DNA from: Candidatus Kaiserbacteria bacterium
Lineage (GTDB): Bacteria > Patescibacteriota > Minisyncoccia > Phycocordibacterales > UBA2100
Direction of reading: 5' to 3'
Assembly (NCBI GenBank): GCA_016214605.1
Contig: JACROD010000017.1
Span: forward strand, 1,183-65,182
DNA length: 64,000 nucleotides
Shown: positions 11,448 through 22,085 of the stretch, piece after piece
Layout of the letters: every line of letters begins with the position of its first letter
How positions within the stretch are numbered: position 1 is the first letter of the stretch
Notes under the pieces: generated by a model
The model's database searches: none
Told to the model about the DNA's origin: nothing
The model's input: the letters and a program-made list of their open reading frames with translations, nothing else
Program-made: the position numbers and the translations under genes

Positions 11448-12947
11448 TCACTGACGCGCGAGCGGCGTGTCGTATCGCAACTGATACACGTACAGATCAA
11501 GGTCGCGGGAGAAATGCTCAGTGCCGATCCGGCGATAATGCTGATCGAAGTATGATTTAATCGTCTGTTCGTATCCTTGATCGTAGCTCAAGACGAGCCA
11601 TGCTTTCTGATAGCCGTCCGTGAGCGTAGCGACTTGTGCGGGGAGCTGTGCAGGAGAGAATGCGGGTATCGGACCGGTATCGTAGCGGTTCCATATCGGC
11701 AGTGTCGCGAGTGTCGCGGGAGAATGATAGTAGTATTCTATCGGATAGATCGTAAACGGCGTGGAGAGTATGATCGTATCTTGCGGTCCGGCATGTTCGT
11801 TGATGTATGTCACTACCTGCCGATAATTCTCTTTGACCGGTGTCGCGGGGCTCTGGATCTGTATCACGAGCCCCGCGACCATGACGATCGCGACGCTCCA
11901 CCGCGCCGCTTGCGCCAATCGCGGCGGATATGCATCGAAAAAGTGCGCCAACACCAGATACAATGACGGAACGGTAAAGATGAGGTAGCGGCTGACGAAT
12001 ACGGGCGTTAAGACGAAACTTCCGATAAAGAGGGCGGCGAACGAGCATATGATAGTGTACAAGAAATACTCGGTCTCGAAACGGAATCTTGCGCCGCGTC
12101 GCAGCGCGAGAAATACCAAGATCACGGTGATCGGCCAGAGCGATACGAAGATCGTGTTGAGTGTATCGTCTTGAAATCCGAACACGAACTGGGAGAATGT
12201 ATTGAAGAGATCGACGGTCGTTGGAGGCATCAAGAGGGGAAGTTGCATCCCAGCTTCTTTCAGTGCGTACACATACCACACCCATGGCGCGAATGAAAAG
12301 ACGAGTACGGCCGCGACGATGCTGAATCGCGCCAACGACCGCGGAGGAAACAACGAGCGGTGCAGGAAATAAAATACGGCTTGCGCCGCCAAGCTCAAAA
12401 AGAACAGATAGTGCGTATAGATGCCGAGCATCGCGGTCGTCCCGTAGCCGATCCATATGCGAGCGCTGCCTTGCTTGATGATCCGCAGGAAGAAGAATTG
12501 ATTGAGTATGATGAGCAGAGTGAAGAGCGCATACATGCGTATCTCATTGCCGTACCAATTCATGAATGGAGAGAGGCCGAAGAGGACCGACGCATACAGT
12601 CCCGTCGAACGGGAATACGCAAGGCGTCCCAGTATATAGATTGCGGGGATCGACAGGATATAGAACACGAGCGAGAGCGAGCGTGCGGCGGCGACAGAGC
12701 TGCCGAACGCGACGCGCCACATATGCAGCAGTATGTGGAAGAGCGGCACATGCACATCCTTGGCGACGATCATCAGTAGCGCGGACGGACTCCGGCCCGA
12801 TTCCCAGAGGCTCTGTGCTTCATCGAGTCGCAAGCTCTGCGGCAAGAGAAAGAAGACCGAGACGGCGGCGCAAAAGATCATGGTCGACATGAGTATGATG
12901 ACTGTGCTCCAAAAATGCCGTCTTTCTCGCGGCGGATTAATCTGCAT
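11448..12947 (-). CDS. GT39/ArnT-like GT-C glycosyltransferase
   Basis: SLRLDEAQS, DVHVPLFH, EIRMYAL, YTHY; multi-TM. Confidence 0.85.
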   Translation of the reverse strand: MQINPPRERRHFWSTVIILMSTMIFCAAVSVFFLLPQSLRLDEAQSLWESGRSPSALLMIVAKDVHVPLFHILLHMWRVAFGSSVAAARSLSLVFYILSIPAIYILGRLAYSRSTGLYASVLFGLSPFMNWYGNEIRMYALFTLLIILNQFFFLRIIKQGSARIWIGYGTTAMLGIYTHYLFFLSLAAQAVFYFLHRSLFPPRSLARFSIVAAVLVFSFAPWVWYVYALKEAGMQLPLLMPPTTVDLFNTFSQFVFGFQDDTLNTIFVSLWPITVILVFLALRRGARFRFETEYFLYTIICSFAALFIGSFVLTPVFVSRYLIFTVPSLYLVLAHFFDAYPPRLAQAARWSVAIVMVAGLVIQIQSPATPVKENYRQVVTYINEHAGPQDTIILSTPFTIYPIEYYYHSPATLATLPIWNRYDTGPIPAFSPAQLPAQVATLTDGYQKAWLVLSYDQGYEQTIKSYFDQHYRRIGTEHFSRDLDLYVYQLRYDTPLARQ

Positions 12948-14529
12948 ATGAACTTTGCGTTTGCATAAGCTGTCCCGGGCTGAGGATATCTTCTCTCCGC
13001 AAGGCTTCCTCGGCGGATCTTTGTACGGCGACGGCGGCGTTTGCTTTCTCCGGCCATGACGCATAGATAAAGGGTATAAAGATCGTCACGTTGAAGAGGG
13101 CCCACATGCTGTTGTTGAGGAGCGATGCAGTCACTCCTTCTCGGTCGTATGCGACCACTATCCCGACCAATGCGAGCGCGCAGTAGAACAAGTGCCATTT
13201 GACGATCGGAAGGAAGTTTCCTTCGAGCGCTCGTTTCGACGTGACAAGAAAATCATTTTTCCTCCCGGTGAGTGCCGCGAAAAACGCCGCCGTGTGAATG
13301 CTGAACGATCCCATGGAAAAACCGAGCGACCGGAAGGTGAAGTGTGCGTTCGATACGCGCTGAATGACATAGAATGTCAGGAAGATATAGGGAAGAAAGA
13401 TGGCGGCGAGAAGCATGCTATTCATCTGTACCGCGACCGCTCCCGTATAAAAGAATGCGATCGGCAAGAGCGCATCGATCATAACGACGATGCCGGAAAG
13501 GTAGAAACTTGCCGAAGAGAGATATTGTATGCGCTGCGCTCCGGTGAGGCCGCGCATAAAGAGCGGATTGTAGCGGAAAATGACGTCGAATGCGCCGCGC
13601 GCCCAGCGGAACTGCTGTGTCGAATATGAGCGCAGATCTTCCGTCGCGAGACCCTCTGCCAGTACTTCGGGCACGTATACCGATCGATACCCTCGCGCAT
13701 GCATAAGCAGGCCGGTGACGAAGTCTTCGGCGATACTGTCGGTCTTCATGCCGCCGACCGTCGCGAGCGCCGCACGTGAGATGACCATGTTGGTGCCGCA
13801 GAGGGTCGCGCTATTGAGGCGATTCTTGCCCTTGCAAATGGGCCCGAAGAAAAGCTCCTGCTGTTCCCATGAGCCGTTGGTGAGGTGACTCTTTTCGAGA
13901 TTCTTGTAGAACTGCGGCGTCTGCACGAACGCGACCTTATCATCGACGAAATACGGCACGGTCTTTGCGAGGAAGTCGGCATGCGGCACATGATCCGCGT
14001 CGAAGATGGCGATGAGCGGGCTTCGCGTGAGCGACAGCGCGTGATTGATGTTGCCGGCCTTCGCGCCTCCGGGTATCTGTCGCGTGATGCACGAGACACC
14101 GAGACGCGCGGCCAATGTCTCCATGTCGCGCCAATTCTTTTTGCCGGCGACGTACCCATCATTCAAGATATATACCTTGAACGATGGGTACGTCATCTGC
14201 TTGGCGGCGCGCACCGTTGCTTCCATGATCTCGATGGATTCGCCCGCAGCGGTGATATATACGTCGACCGAAGGACGCAGCAGCGTATTGCGCGGTGCGA
14301 TGTGGCGGGTGTCCCATACCGTGTAGAGGAACGTGAGCACTTGCCACAAGTGAAACGCCTCACCCGCGATGAGAAAACCGAACAGTATGCGATTTCCCGG
14401 CATGAAGAAAAAGGTGATCGCTATAAAATAAGTGATCGCCATGATCGCGTTGAAGGCAAGAAGCACGCGGGGCGATTCCGTCCTGAGAAAAGAATGTTTC
14501 CGGTCGCTCATGTCGTAAACATATTTCAT
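12937..14529 (-). CDS. Cellulose synthase-like processive GT2 (BcsA-like, no PilZ)
   Basis: AKAGNIN, FDADH, VQTPQ, FFG, AED, QQFRWARG. Confidence 0.88.
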   Translation of the reverse strand: MKYVYDMSDRKHSFLRTESPRVLLAFNAIMAITYFIAITFFFMPGNRILFGFLIAGEAFHLWQVLTFLYTVWDTRHIAPRNTLLRPSVDVYITAAGESIEIMEATVRAAKQMTYPSFKVYILNDGYVAGKKNWRDMETLAARLGVSCITRQIPGGAKAGNINHALSLTRSPLIAIFDADHVPHADFLAKTVPYFVDDKVAFVQTPQFYKNLEKSHLTNGSWEQQELFFGPICKGKNRLNSATLCGTNMVISRAALATVGGMKTDSIAEDFVTGLLMHARGYRSVYVPEVLAEGLATEDLRSYSTQQFRWARGAFDVIFRYNPLFMRGLTGAQRIQYLSSASFYLSGIVVMIDALLPIAFFYTGAVAVQMNSMLLAAIFLPYIFLTFYVIQRVSNAHFTFRSLGFSMGSFSIHTAAFFAALTGRKNDFLVTSKRALEGNFLPIVKWHLFYCALALVGIVVAYDREGVTASLLNNSMWALFNVTIFIPFIYASWPEKANAAVAVQRSAEEALRREDILSPGQLMQTQSSYAD

Positions 14530-15785
14530 AGGCTTGCTTGATCTAGTGATAATCGGGGAAGGGATGCGGCGATGTTTGGGAGGAGGTCGTTGTACAATGC
14601 GATGCCGAACCATGCCCAGTTGTCGCCGTAGTACGACATGTCGGTATTCCACGTATTGTTATCGGGGCTGAACAAGCTTTCCAGCTTCGTCGTGTACACG
14701 ACGGGCGCGAGTGAGGGATCGACCGTCATGAAATATCCGATCGTGCCGCCGTACATGGCCGGCGATTCATGCGCTGTGCCGGTCGCCGTCGATCCGTCGT
14801 GCGCGTATGTCGCGTACAGAAAGCTGTTTTTGTTCCATTCTTCCGAAAGGAACGAGAATCTCTTGAGTATGGCTTGGTCGTGCGAGTCGTGGAACCATTG
14901 CCAGTCGAGCGTAAGCCGCCACGGCAGCCGCAAGGCGTTGTATCCGAAATCGGTCGTGGTCTCGGGAGTGTCATGCAAAGGTTCGATCGCGCCGGTCTGC
15001 TTGTGGATGCGTATCCAGTCGGGTGGCAGATCGGCGCTCTTTTTCTTGTCGAGGGTGCTATCCGATGCGCGCGCGATCAGATCATATGAACTATCGACAA
15101 GCTCCAGCCATGGGTGTGCGGTGTCGATCCGGGCGAAAATGCGAAAAGCAGCCGGATTCAAATAGGACGGATTGACCGCCGCCCATGGAGACGTCGAAGT
15201 CTTCTCAAGGCTGTCGGCTGTGAGATATGGTGTCCCTTGTATGGTGATGACCTCGGCATTCCAGATAGCCGCGATGGTCGTGCTCGCACTCTCGAGGTAC
15301 GCGGGATCTTGCCAGCGTGCATATGCGAACACAAGCGACAACGCGATATCCACGTCTGCATCAGATGCGCTCGTCATTCCGCCTTGGTCGGCGAGTATTC
15401 CGTAGGTGCCGTCGCCCTGCTTTCCGTAGAGCCATGCAAACACATGATCGGGGCGTTCGAGCGCGCGGTGCGTCCAACCCCACGAAGTGTCGAATGTCTC
15501 CTTGTCTCCCATCCAGACGGCGCGCATCATCGTATAGCTTTGTCCTTCGGACGTTGTTGTATTGTTGTGGCCTGGATCGATCGTGCGTCCGTCGCTCGCA
15601 ACATACACTTTTTTGTAACTGTTCCACAATGCGGACAACATCTGTGGAGGCGAAAAGACGAGCGCTTTACTCCCTTGATGAACGCTAAAATAGCCGCCTC
15701 CGGCCACGCCAGCGATCATCACGGCGCCCAAAAGACAGTTCGCGACTCGGGATCTTTTCATGTTATATGCGGGCCTGTTCATCAT
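14526..15785 (-). CDS. GH8 endoglucanase (BcsZ-like)
   Basis: TTSEGQSY, SASDAD, NPSY, YNALR; N-terminal TM/signal. Confidence 0.88.
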   Translation of the reverse strand: MMNRPAYNMKRSRVANCLLGAVMIAGVAGGGYFSVHQGSKALVFSPPQMLSALWNSYKKVYVASDGRTIDPGHNNTTTSEGQSYTMMRAVWMGDKETFDTSWGWTHRALERPDHVFAWLYGKQGDGTYGILADQGGMTSASDADVDIALSLVFAYARWQDPAYLESASTTIAAIWNAEVITIQGTPYLTADSLEKTSTSPWAAVNPSYLNPAAFRIFARIDTAHPWLELVDSSYDLIARASDSTLDKKKSADLPPDWIRIHKQTGAIEPLHDTPETTTDFGYNALRLPWRLTLDWQWFHDSHDQAILKRFSFLSEEWNKNSFLYATYAHDGSTATGTAHESPAMYGGTIGYFMTVDPSLAPVVYTTKLESLFSPDNNTWNTDMSYYGDNWAWFGIALYNDLLPNIAASLPRLSLDQASL

Positions 15786-16549
15786 AGCGATCTTGGGTTG
15801 GCGTGAACCATATCTTGGTGCGGAATGGACGGCGCAATAAGAGAAGCCGAACCCAGTTCACTCATATAAAGGGACAGAAGTTCGCGGATCGCGCGGAAGA
15901 TGACCGACGGTTTTGCTCCGGTCGGCGATCCATAGATGCGTGGTAAATGAGAGACCGGTACTTCTTTGATCGGGATGCCGCGCCGCATCAATCGGACCAA
16001 AAGTTCCGCATTGACCATCGCGCCGTCGGACGTGATCCGTATTTGTTTGATCACGGAGCGCTCGAATAGCTTGAACGCGCAATCAATATCGCGTATCCGC
16101 AGGCCGAAAAAGATCCTATTGAGAATATTCCAGCCCTTTGCATTGACCAGCCGCATGAACGAATCGCGCCGCGGTGCACGGTATCCTGTTACAACACAGT
16201 ACTCAGGCACATGGATCACCAAATGCTCCAGTTCCAAGAGGTCGAATTGCATATCGGCATCCGTGAAAAACACGTATTGCATGCGCGCTTCTTGGAATCC
16301 TGTCTTGAGCGCGGCACCATAGCCCTGGTTTGTCGGGTGATGCACGGTGCGGACCTCCGTATGGCGCTGGGCGAGCAGATCGGCGAGTGCGGGAGTTGCA
16401 TCGGTGCTCCCGTCGTCGATAATCACTATTTCATACGCTTTCACATACGGGCATTGCCTCGCAACGTCAATCGCGCGCTCCACCATGGAGACGATATTCC
16501 GCTCCTCATTGAAGGTGGGAAAGAAGATACTGATCGATATTTGTCGCAT
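15782..16549 (-). CDS. GT2 polyprenol-phosphate glycosyltransferase (DPM1-like)
   Basis: PTFNEE, DDGSTD, NQGYGAA, DADMQ, DIDCAFK. Confidence 0.9.
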   Translation of the reverse strand: MRQISISIFFPTFNEERNIVSMVERAIDVARQCPYVKAYEIVIIDDGSTDATPALADLLAQRHTEVRTVHHPTNQGYGAALKTGFQEARMQYVFFTDADMQFDLLELEHLVIHVPEYCVVTGYRAPRRDSFMRLVNAKGWNILNRIFFGLRIRDIDCAFKLFERSVIKQIRITSDGAMVNAELLVRLMRRGIPIKEVPVSHLPRIYGSPTGAKPSVIFRAIRELLSLYMSELGSASLIAPSIPHQDMVHANPRSL

Positions 16550-16727
16550 ATATTCCCGAGTGTATGCGTCGGATCATTAAGTTTGGCTGAAGTATGCATG
16601 GCTCATTTGGATTCTGAATTTAAAATCAAAACATGAACGGCGGCTTTCAGGTGTTCATTAACCCAAAACTCACGTGTGCTCGTTCATATTGCGACCATTA
16701 TCGCGTAATTATTTTTCATGATCGAAT

Positions 16728-19358
16728 ATGACCACTAAACACCTGCATCTCATGATCGCCTTCGCGGCCCTTATCAGCGTGCTCTTTTCATGTGCCGGCA
16801 CTTCATACGCGGCCGCGGTCGTGCCTGCCGGTTTCCAGATCAATACGATCGTGAGCGGATTGAATCTCCCGACGTCATTCACGTTTGCTCCCGACGGCCG
16901 CATGTTTATCACCGAAAAATCGGGAACCGTACGGATATTCAAAAACGGCCAGCTTCTCTCGACCCCTGTCATACGCTTACCCGACTTGAATGATTTTGGC
17001 GATCGGGGACTTGAATCGATCGCACTCGATCCCGATTTCTCCCACAACGGCTATATGTATGTGGCATATACGTATGAGAACACGCCGGGGCAAAATTACA
17101 CCGGACCAAAGACCGGGCGCATCGTGCGATTCACGGTTGTCGGCGACACGGCCGATTTCAACAGTCGCGTTGTGATATTGGGCACGGTCGGAGGTGATGC
17201 GGCACATCCTTCGTGTTCGACGTTTGCCATAACGAACGATTGCATCCTCTCGGACGCCAGTACCCATTCGATGGGGGATATGCACTTCGGGCCCGACGGC
17301 AAGCTCTATGCGAGCCTTGGCGACGGTGCAGGGTACACCGGTGTGGACCCGCTCGCTCTCTTTGCGCTCGACACCCGTGCGCTTGCCGGCAAAATCGTGC
17401 GCATCAATACCGACGGCACCGGTGTCTCGGACAATCCATTCTATACCGGCAACGCCCATGACAACCAGTCGAAGATATGGACGTCTGGTCATCGCAACAG
17501 CTACCGTTTCAGCTTCCGATCGACCGACGGGAAGCTCTTTTTCGGCGAAGTGGGGTGGTCCACGTGGGAAGAGATAGACATCGGCGTCAAAGGGGCCGAC
17601 TACGGCTGGCCATGCCGTGAAGGATATGTCGCGACTGCATACAATTGCACGCCGCCGACTTCATGGACCGACCCTATCTACGTATTCGATCATACTACCG
17701 GGACGGCATCGGTGATCGGTGGCATTTTCCCTGCGGCAGGCGTGTATCCTGCGCAATACACCGGCAATTACTTCTTTGGCGATTACAGCAACGACCGCAT
17801 CAAGCGTATGGTGCTCAACGGCGACGATACCGTCGCGTCGGTCGAGGATTTCATCACGGGCGCCGGCGGGCCGGTCGATTTCGTTCCCGGTCTCGACGGC
17901 ACGATCTACTATTCTTCGATCAATACCGGCCAGATCAGGCAGATCGCGTTTTCAAACGCGAACCGTCCGCCGGTCGCAAGAGTGAGCGCGAATCCGATGA
18001 CCGGTGTGCCGCCGTTTTCCGTGCATTTCTCGGGTGCCAATTCGAGCGATCCCGACAACGATCAGATCACCTATCGGTGGGATTTCGGCGACGGAAGCAC
18101 TGTATCTACTGCGGTGAGTCCCGATCATGTCTATTCATCGTTGGGCACGTACACCGCGACACTCACCGTGACGGATTCTCATGGGGCTGTCGGTACTGCG
18201 ACCGCCGGTATCATCGTGACAAACACCCCGGTGATCAATGCGCTTCCGCATGTGACGCAGACGGTCCAATCTCCCGTGCCGCCCAATGCCGTGGGGCGCG
18301 ACGTGCTGGTCACGAGCACGATAACGAACAGCGGCGCCGCGAGTCCGTTCATCATTGATTTTGAGATCTATAATACGAGCGGACAGCTAGCCGCGCAGAA
18401 GATCTATAACGGGCAAACGATCCCCACGGGAGGACATGCCGACTATGCGATCGACTGGTTTCCCGGCACGGTCGGCGACTACACGGTCAAAGTCGGATTG
18501 TTCAAGGCCGGCTGGGTGGGCATGTACGAGTGGAATGATCAAGCGCTCTTGCTGCATATAGTCGATCGCGCCGCGACAGAATCCTCCTTTGCACATCAGG
18601 GTACGACACTGTCGCCCGCATCTCCCGCGGTTGGGAATGCGGATCTGATCACCAGCACGATCACCAATACCGGTGGCGCAGGATCGGCCTTGGTGGATAT
18701 GGAAGTGTACAAGGATGGGATCAAGGTCGGACAGAAATTCTTTAACGATCAGGTCTTTGCCGCAGGACAATCAAGAGATTTCTCGTATTCATTCACACCG
18801 CTTGCCGCTGGCACGTATACGGTTTCGATCGGCGTGTTCAAGCCGGGCTGGACGGGTATCTATGCATGGTTCGATCAGGTAGCCGCGTTCAGTACTATGA
18901 GTGCGGATCAGAGTGTGTCTATTTATCAGGATGCGCTGGCACCGGGCTGGTACAATTGGTCGTGGGGCAGTACGCAGGATTTCTCCGACACCTCACTCGT
19001 ATTCGCGGGAACGAATGCAATGAGGGTCGCCTATGATGCGCCGTGGGGCGGTCTCTTCCTCCATCACGCGGGCATCAATACATCCGGCAAGAGAGCGCTC
19101 TCCTTCGTTATCGCCGGATCAGGCGGCGGCGGGCAAAATCTCCAGATCTATACCTTCGACAGCAACGGCGTACAATCGTCGGTCAAGAACCTCTCCGCGT
19201 ATGTGCCTGATGGGACCATAATTGCAAATACCTGGAAACAGGTCTCCATCCCGCTTGCGGATATCGGTGCGGATAACAAGGCGATAAGCGGTATTATCGT
19301 TCAGTCGGCAGGTGCGGCAAGCGCCCGCGTCGATATCGACGCGATGCAAATACAGTAA
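16728..19358 (+). CDS. Secreted PQQ-dependent sugar dehydrogenase with PKD and Ig/CBM-like domains
   Basis: FAPDGRMFITEK, FGPDGKLY, GKIVRI, GHRN, YGWPC; PKD WDFGDG. Confidence 0.85.
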   Translation: MTTKHLHLMIAFAALISVLFSCAGTSYAAAVVPAGFQINTIVSGLNLPTSFTFAPDGRMFITEKSGTVRIFKNGQLLSTPVIRLPDLNDFGDRGLESIALDPDFSHNGYMYVAYTYENTPGQNYTGPKTGRIVRFTVVGDTADFNSRVVILGTVGGDAAHPSCSTFAITNDCILSDASTHSMGDMHFGPDGKLYASLGDGAGYTGVDPLALFALDTRALAGKIVRINTDGTGVSDNPFYTGNAHDNQSKIWTSGHRNSYRFSFRSTDGKLFFGEVGWSTWEEIDIGVKGADYGWPCREGYVATAYNCTPPTSWTDPIYVFDHTTGTASVIGGIFPAAGVYPAQYTGNYFFGDYSNDRIKRMVLNGDDTVASVEDFITGAGGPVDFVPGLDGTIYYSSINTGQIRQIAFSNANRPPVARVSANPMTGVPPFSVHFSGANSSDPDNDQITYRWDFGDGSTVSTAVSPDHVYSSLGTYTATLTVTDSHGAVGTATAGIIVTNTPVINALPHVTQTVQSPVPPNAVGRDVLVTSTITNSGAASPFIIDFEIYNTSGQLAAQKIYNGQTIPTGGHADYAIDWFPGTVGDYTVKVGLFKAGWVGMYEWNDQALLLHIVDRAATESSFAHQGTTLSPASPAVGNADLITSTITNTGGAGSALVDMEVYKDGIKVGQKFFNDQVFAAGQSRDFSYSFTPLAAGTYTVSIGVFKPGWTGIYAWFDQVAAFSTMSADQSVSIYQDALAPGWYNWSWGSTQDFSDTSLVFAGTNAMRVAYDAPWGGLFLHHAGINTSGKRALSFVIAGSGGGGQNLQIYTFDSNGVQSSVKNLSAYVPDGTIIANTWKQVSIPLADIGADNKAISGIIVQSAGAASARVDIDAMQIQ

Positions 19359-19450
19359 AATATCCCGGTAATGAACAATAATGAAGAATTCATTATTTCT
19401 TCATAATCGGGCTGGTATGATAGAGAGGCGCTTCAGAGCGACGCAATTCC

Positions 19451-20722
19451 ATGTCTTTTCGCCAGATTTTACAGGATATTCGCGATACCATCCGTGTCAT
19501 CATGACGCTGACGTGGGAGCGCCGCAATGTCTTCAAGGAGCTGCATGAGAAGAATGCCGAACTCCGGCGGGCCCTCACCAAGACGCGGCTAGAGGATCAT
19601 GCAAAAAGCGAATTTCTCGCAATCCTTGGACATGAATTGCGCAACCCGCTCGCGCCCATCATCAGCACTCTGGAGCTGCTCCAGGTCGATGAGAAGGATC
19701 ATGATCGAGCGTCACTGATTTCAGACGCGCAACAACAGGCGGCGATCCTGAAGCGTCTGCTCGACGACCTGCTCGACATATCCCGCATCACGCATGGAAA
19801 ATTCGATCTCAAGAAAGAGCCGCTGACGCTGCAAACGGTGCTTGAGCAGTCGATCGCGAGCATGAAGCCGTTTCTGGAAGACCAGCAGATCGCCTTTTCG
19901 GTCTCATTGCCGTCCGAACCATTGTGGGTATACGGCGATCCTGCGCGCCTTGTACAGATCTTCAACAATCTACTCCATAATGCTGGCAACTGCACACCGC
20001 ATCACGGGAGTGTGACGCTTGCTCTCAAGCAAGAGGGTGCCGAAGGCGTCATACAAGTCGCTGACACGGGCGTAGGTATTGATCCCGCGCTCCTCGATAG
20101 TATCTTTGAAGCGTTCATAAGCATCAATCCAGCCTCCCAGGTACGGACCGGACTTGGGATCGGATTGTCTTTGGTCAAACGCTTGACCGAGCTGCATGGG
20201 GGCCGAGTACAGGCACAGAGCCGAGGCAAAGGTTTCGGGAGTACCTTTACCGTACGATTGCCTCTCTTGAAACATGATTCACCGTTGAGGGTTGCCACTG
20301 CGGCCGGATCGGGCCAGATGAAGCCATCGACCGTCTTCAAGATCCTCCTGGTCGATGACAATGAGATCGCGGCGCGCGGTATGGGGAAGCTCCTCGAGTA
20401 TAAAGGGCATCAGGTCTGCTTGCGGTATACGGGAAAGAGCGCGCTTACAGCCATTCCCGTTTTCCAGCCGGATGTCATATTGCTCGATATTGGACTGCCC
20501 GATATCAGCGGATATGATGTGGCGCGTCAGGTACTGCGTGCGACATCGCAAGCGCCTCGTCCGGTATTGATCGCGCTCACCGGATTCGGACAGGTGCGGG
20601 ATAAGAAAGCCGCCGCAGAGGCGGGCATGGAATACCATCTCACCAAACCCGTCAGCATCGCCGATATCGAGGCGATCCTTGCGCGCATCGCGTCCGAGCG
20701 ACGAGACCGCAAACATTCATGA
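19451..20722 (+). CDS. Hybrid histidine kinase (HisKA-HATPase-REC)
   Basis: HELRNPL, NLLHNA, DTGVG, GLGIGL, C-terminal LLVDD...LLDIGLP. Confidence 0.92.
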   Translation: MSFRQILQDIRDTIRVIMTLTWERRNVFKELHEKNAELRRALTKTRLEDHAKSEFLAILGHELRNPLAPIISTLELLQVDEKDHDRASLISDAQQQAAILKRLLDDLLDISRITHGKFDLKKEPLTLQTVLEQSIASMKPFLEDQQIAFSVSLPSEPLWVYGDPARLVQIFNNLLHNAGNCTPHHGSVTLALKQEGAEGVIQVADTGVGIDPALLDSIFEAFISINPASQVRTGLGIGLSLVKRLTELHGGRVQAQSRGKGFGSTFTVRLPLLKHDSPLRVATAAGSGQMKPSTVFKILLVDDNEIAARGMGKLLEYKGHQVCLRYTGKSALTAIPVFQPDVILLDIGLPDISGYDVARQVLRATSQAPRPVLIALTGFGQVRDKKAAAEAGMEYHLTKPVSIADIEAILARIASERRDRKHS

Positions 20723-20835
20723 AAACTTCACGATACATTTTGCATAATGCACGGGACGGAATAGTCCACGGGGAGGTCGTTATCGTCATTGATGCTCTGA
20801 CCAATTTAACAATGGTATAATTACAATAGGATTTT

Positions 20836-21510
20836 ATGAAAGTACTTCTTGTGGAAGATGACGCGAAGCTCGCGGATTCGATCAAGCGCGGTCTTGAGCT
20901 TGAAGGATACGCGGTCGATGTTGTGCCCGATGGAAAGAAGGCGCTCACGCGCGTGTCGCTTCATCGTGATGATTATGACATCGTGATCCTCGATCTCATG
21001 CTTCCGTCGATGGACGGCCTCGCCGTATGCAAAGAGATGCGGGCGAAGGACATCACGCTGCCCGTACTGGTCCTTACGGCGCGCTCCGAGGTCGAGAGCA
21101 AGGTGAACCTCCTTCTTTCAGGAGCCGACGATTACCTCGTGAAGCCGTTCTCATTCGCCGAACTCTCAGCGCGTTTGCAGGCGCTTCTGCGGCGGCCGCA
21201 TGAAAACCTGCCGGAGATCCTGGAGGCAGGCGATATCAAGCTCGATCTGGGCACCCGGCGTGTATCGCGCGCGGGCACCACCATTCCGCTCACGCTCAAG
21301 GAATTCGGATTGCTCGAGTACTTCATGCGCCACTCGAATCAGGTCGTGAATCGGGAGGATATTCTTAATCATCTTTGGGATTTCAATTATGTCGGATTTA
21401 GCAACGTGGTGGACGTCCATATCAAAAATCTTCGACGCAAACTCGGCGGGAAAAGCGGCGATGGAATCCTCGAAACGGTTCGCGGGATCGGATACCGGCT
21501 CCGCGCATAG
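20836..21510 (+). CDS. OmpR-family response regulator
   Basis: LVEDD, LDLMLP, KPF, NVVDVHIKNLRRK, TVRGIGY. Confidence 0.95.
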   Translation: MKVLLVEDDAKLADSIKRGLELEGYAVDVVPDGKKALTRVSLHRDDYDIVILDLMLPSMDGLAVCKEMRAKDITLPVLVLTARSEVESKVNLLLSGADDYLVKPFSFAELSARLQALLRRPHENLPEILEAGDIKLDLGTRRVSRAGTTIPLTLKEFGLLEYFMRHSNQVVNREDILNHLWDFNYVGFSNVVDVHIKNLRRKLGGKSGDGILETVRGIGYRLRA

Positions 21511-21523
21511 GCCGAAGTCTGAT

Positions 21524-21745
21524 ATGCTACAGAAACAATTCATCGAGAATGCCGCGCATGATCTGCGCACGCCGCTTTCGGTTATCCGGATGAACGCCGA
21601 GATGGCACTCTTGTCTTTACATGAAGGATCGGAACTGAGATCGACGTTTTTGGGCATTATCGAAGAGGTCGATCGTATGTCGAAGATGCTGAGTGAGCTT
21701 GTATCTCAGGCGGCGTTTTCTGACACGCAACGCGATCAAGTATAA
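21524..21745 (+). CDS. Stand-alone HisKA (DHp) domain protein, 73 aa
   Basis: FIENAAHDLRTPL...EEVDRMSKML with no ATPase domain. Confidence 0.65.
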   Translation: MLQKQFIENAAHDLRTPLSVIRMNAEMALLSLHEGSELRSTFLGIIEEVDRMSKMLSELVSQAAFSDTQRDQV

Positions 21746-22085
21746 TCAATACGACGATTCACTCTCATCTCATGCGTGGTGCGTATCATTATTGATAGAT
21801 AAGAAAAGAGATCTTTCATGATCGTATCGCGTATCGCGATAGACGCTTTGGAAGGCGTGGTGCATCTGGGCCCGGATGCACGCATGCGCCAAACGACCCG
21901 ATCATTACGAAGCGAACTTTAGAGGCACCTTAAAAAGAGATGCGTCATATGCAACAAACGCTCTTTGGAGTCAGTGAGCGCTCAGAAGACGAGCGTCGTA
22001 TGCTGACAGTATGAGCCGGAGGCCGTCAACACTACAGCTGTGTGGACGGCCTCCGGCGCGTATGGCCATGCTACACTAGGTGCGT

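Noticed and set aside
22016-22055. Hairpin gccggaggccgtc...gacggcctccggc as a mobile repeat
   Set aside because: Only one copy seen, and it is adequately explained as a terminator or processing stem.
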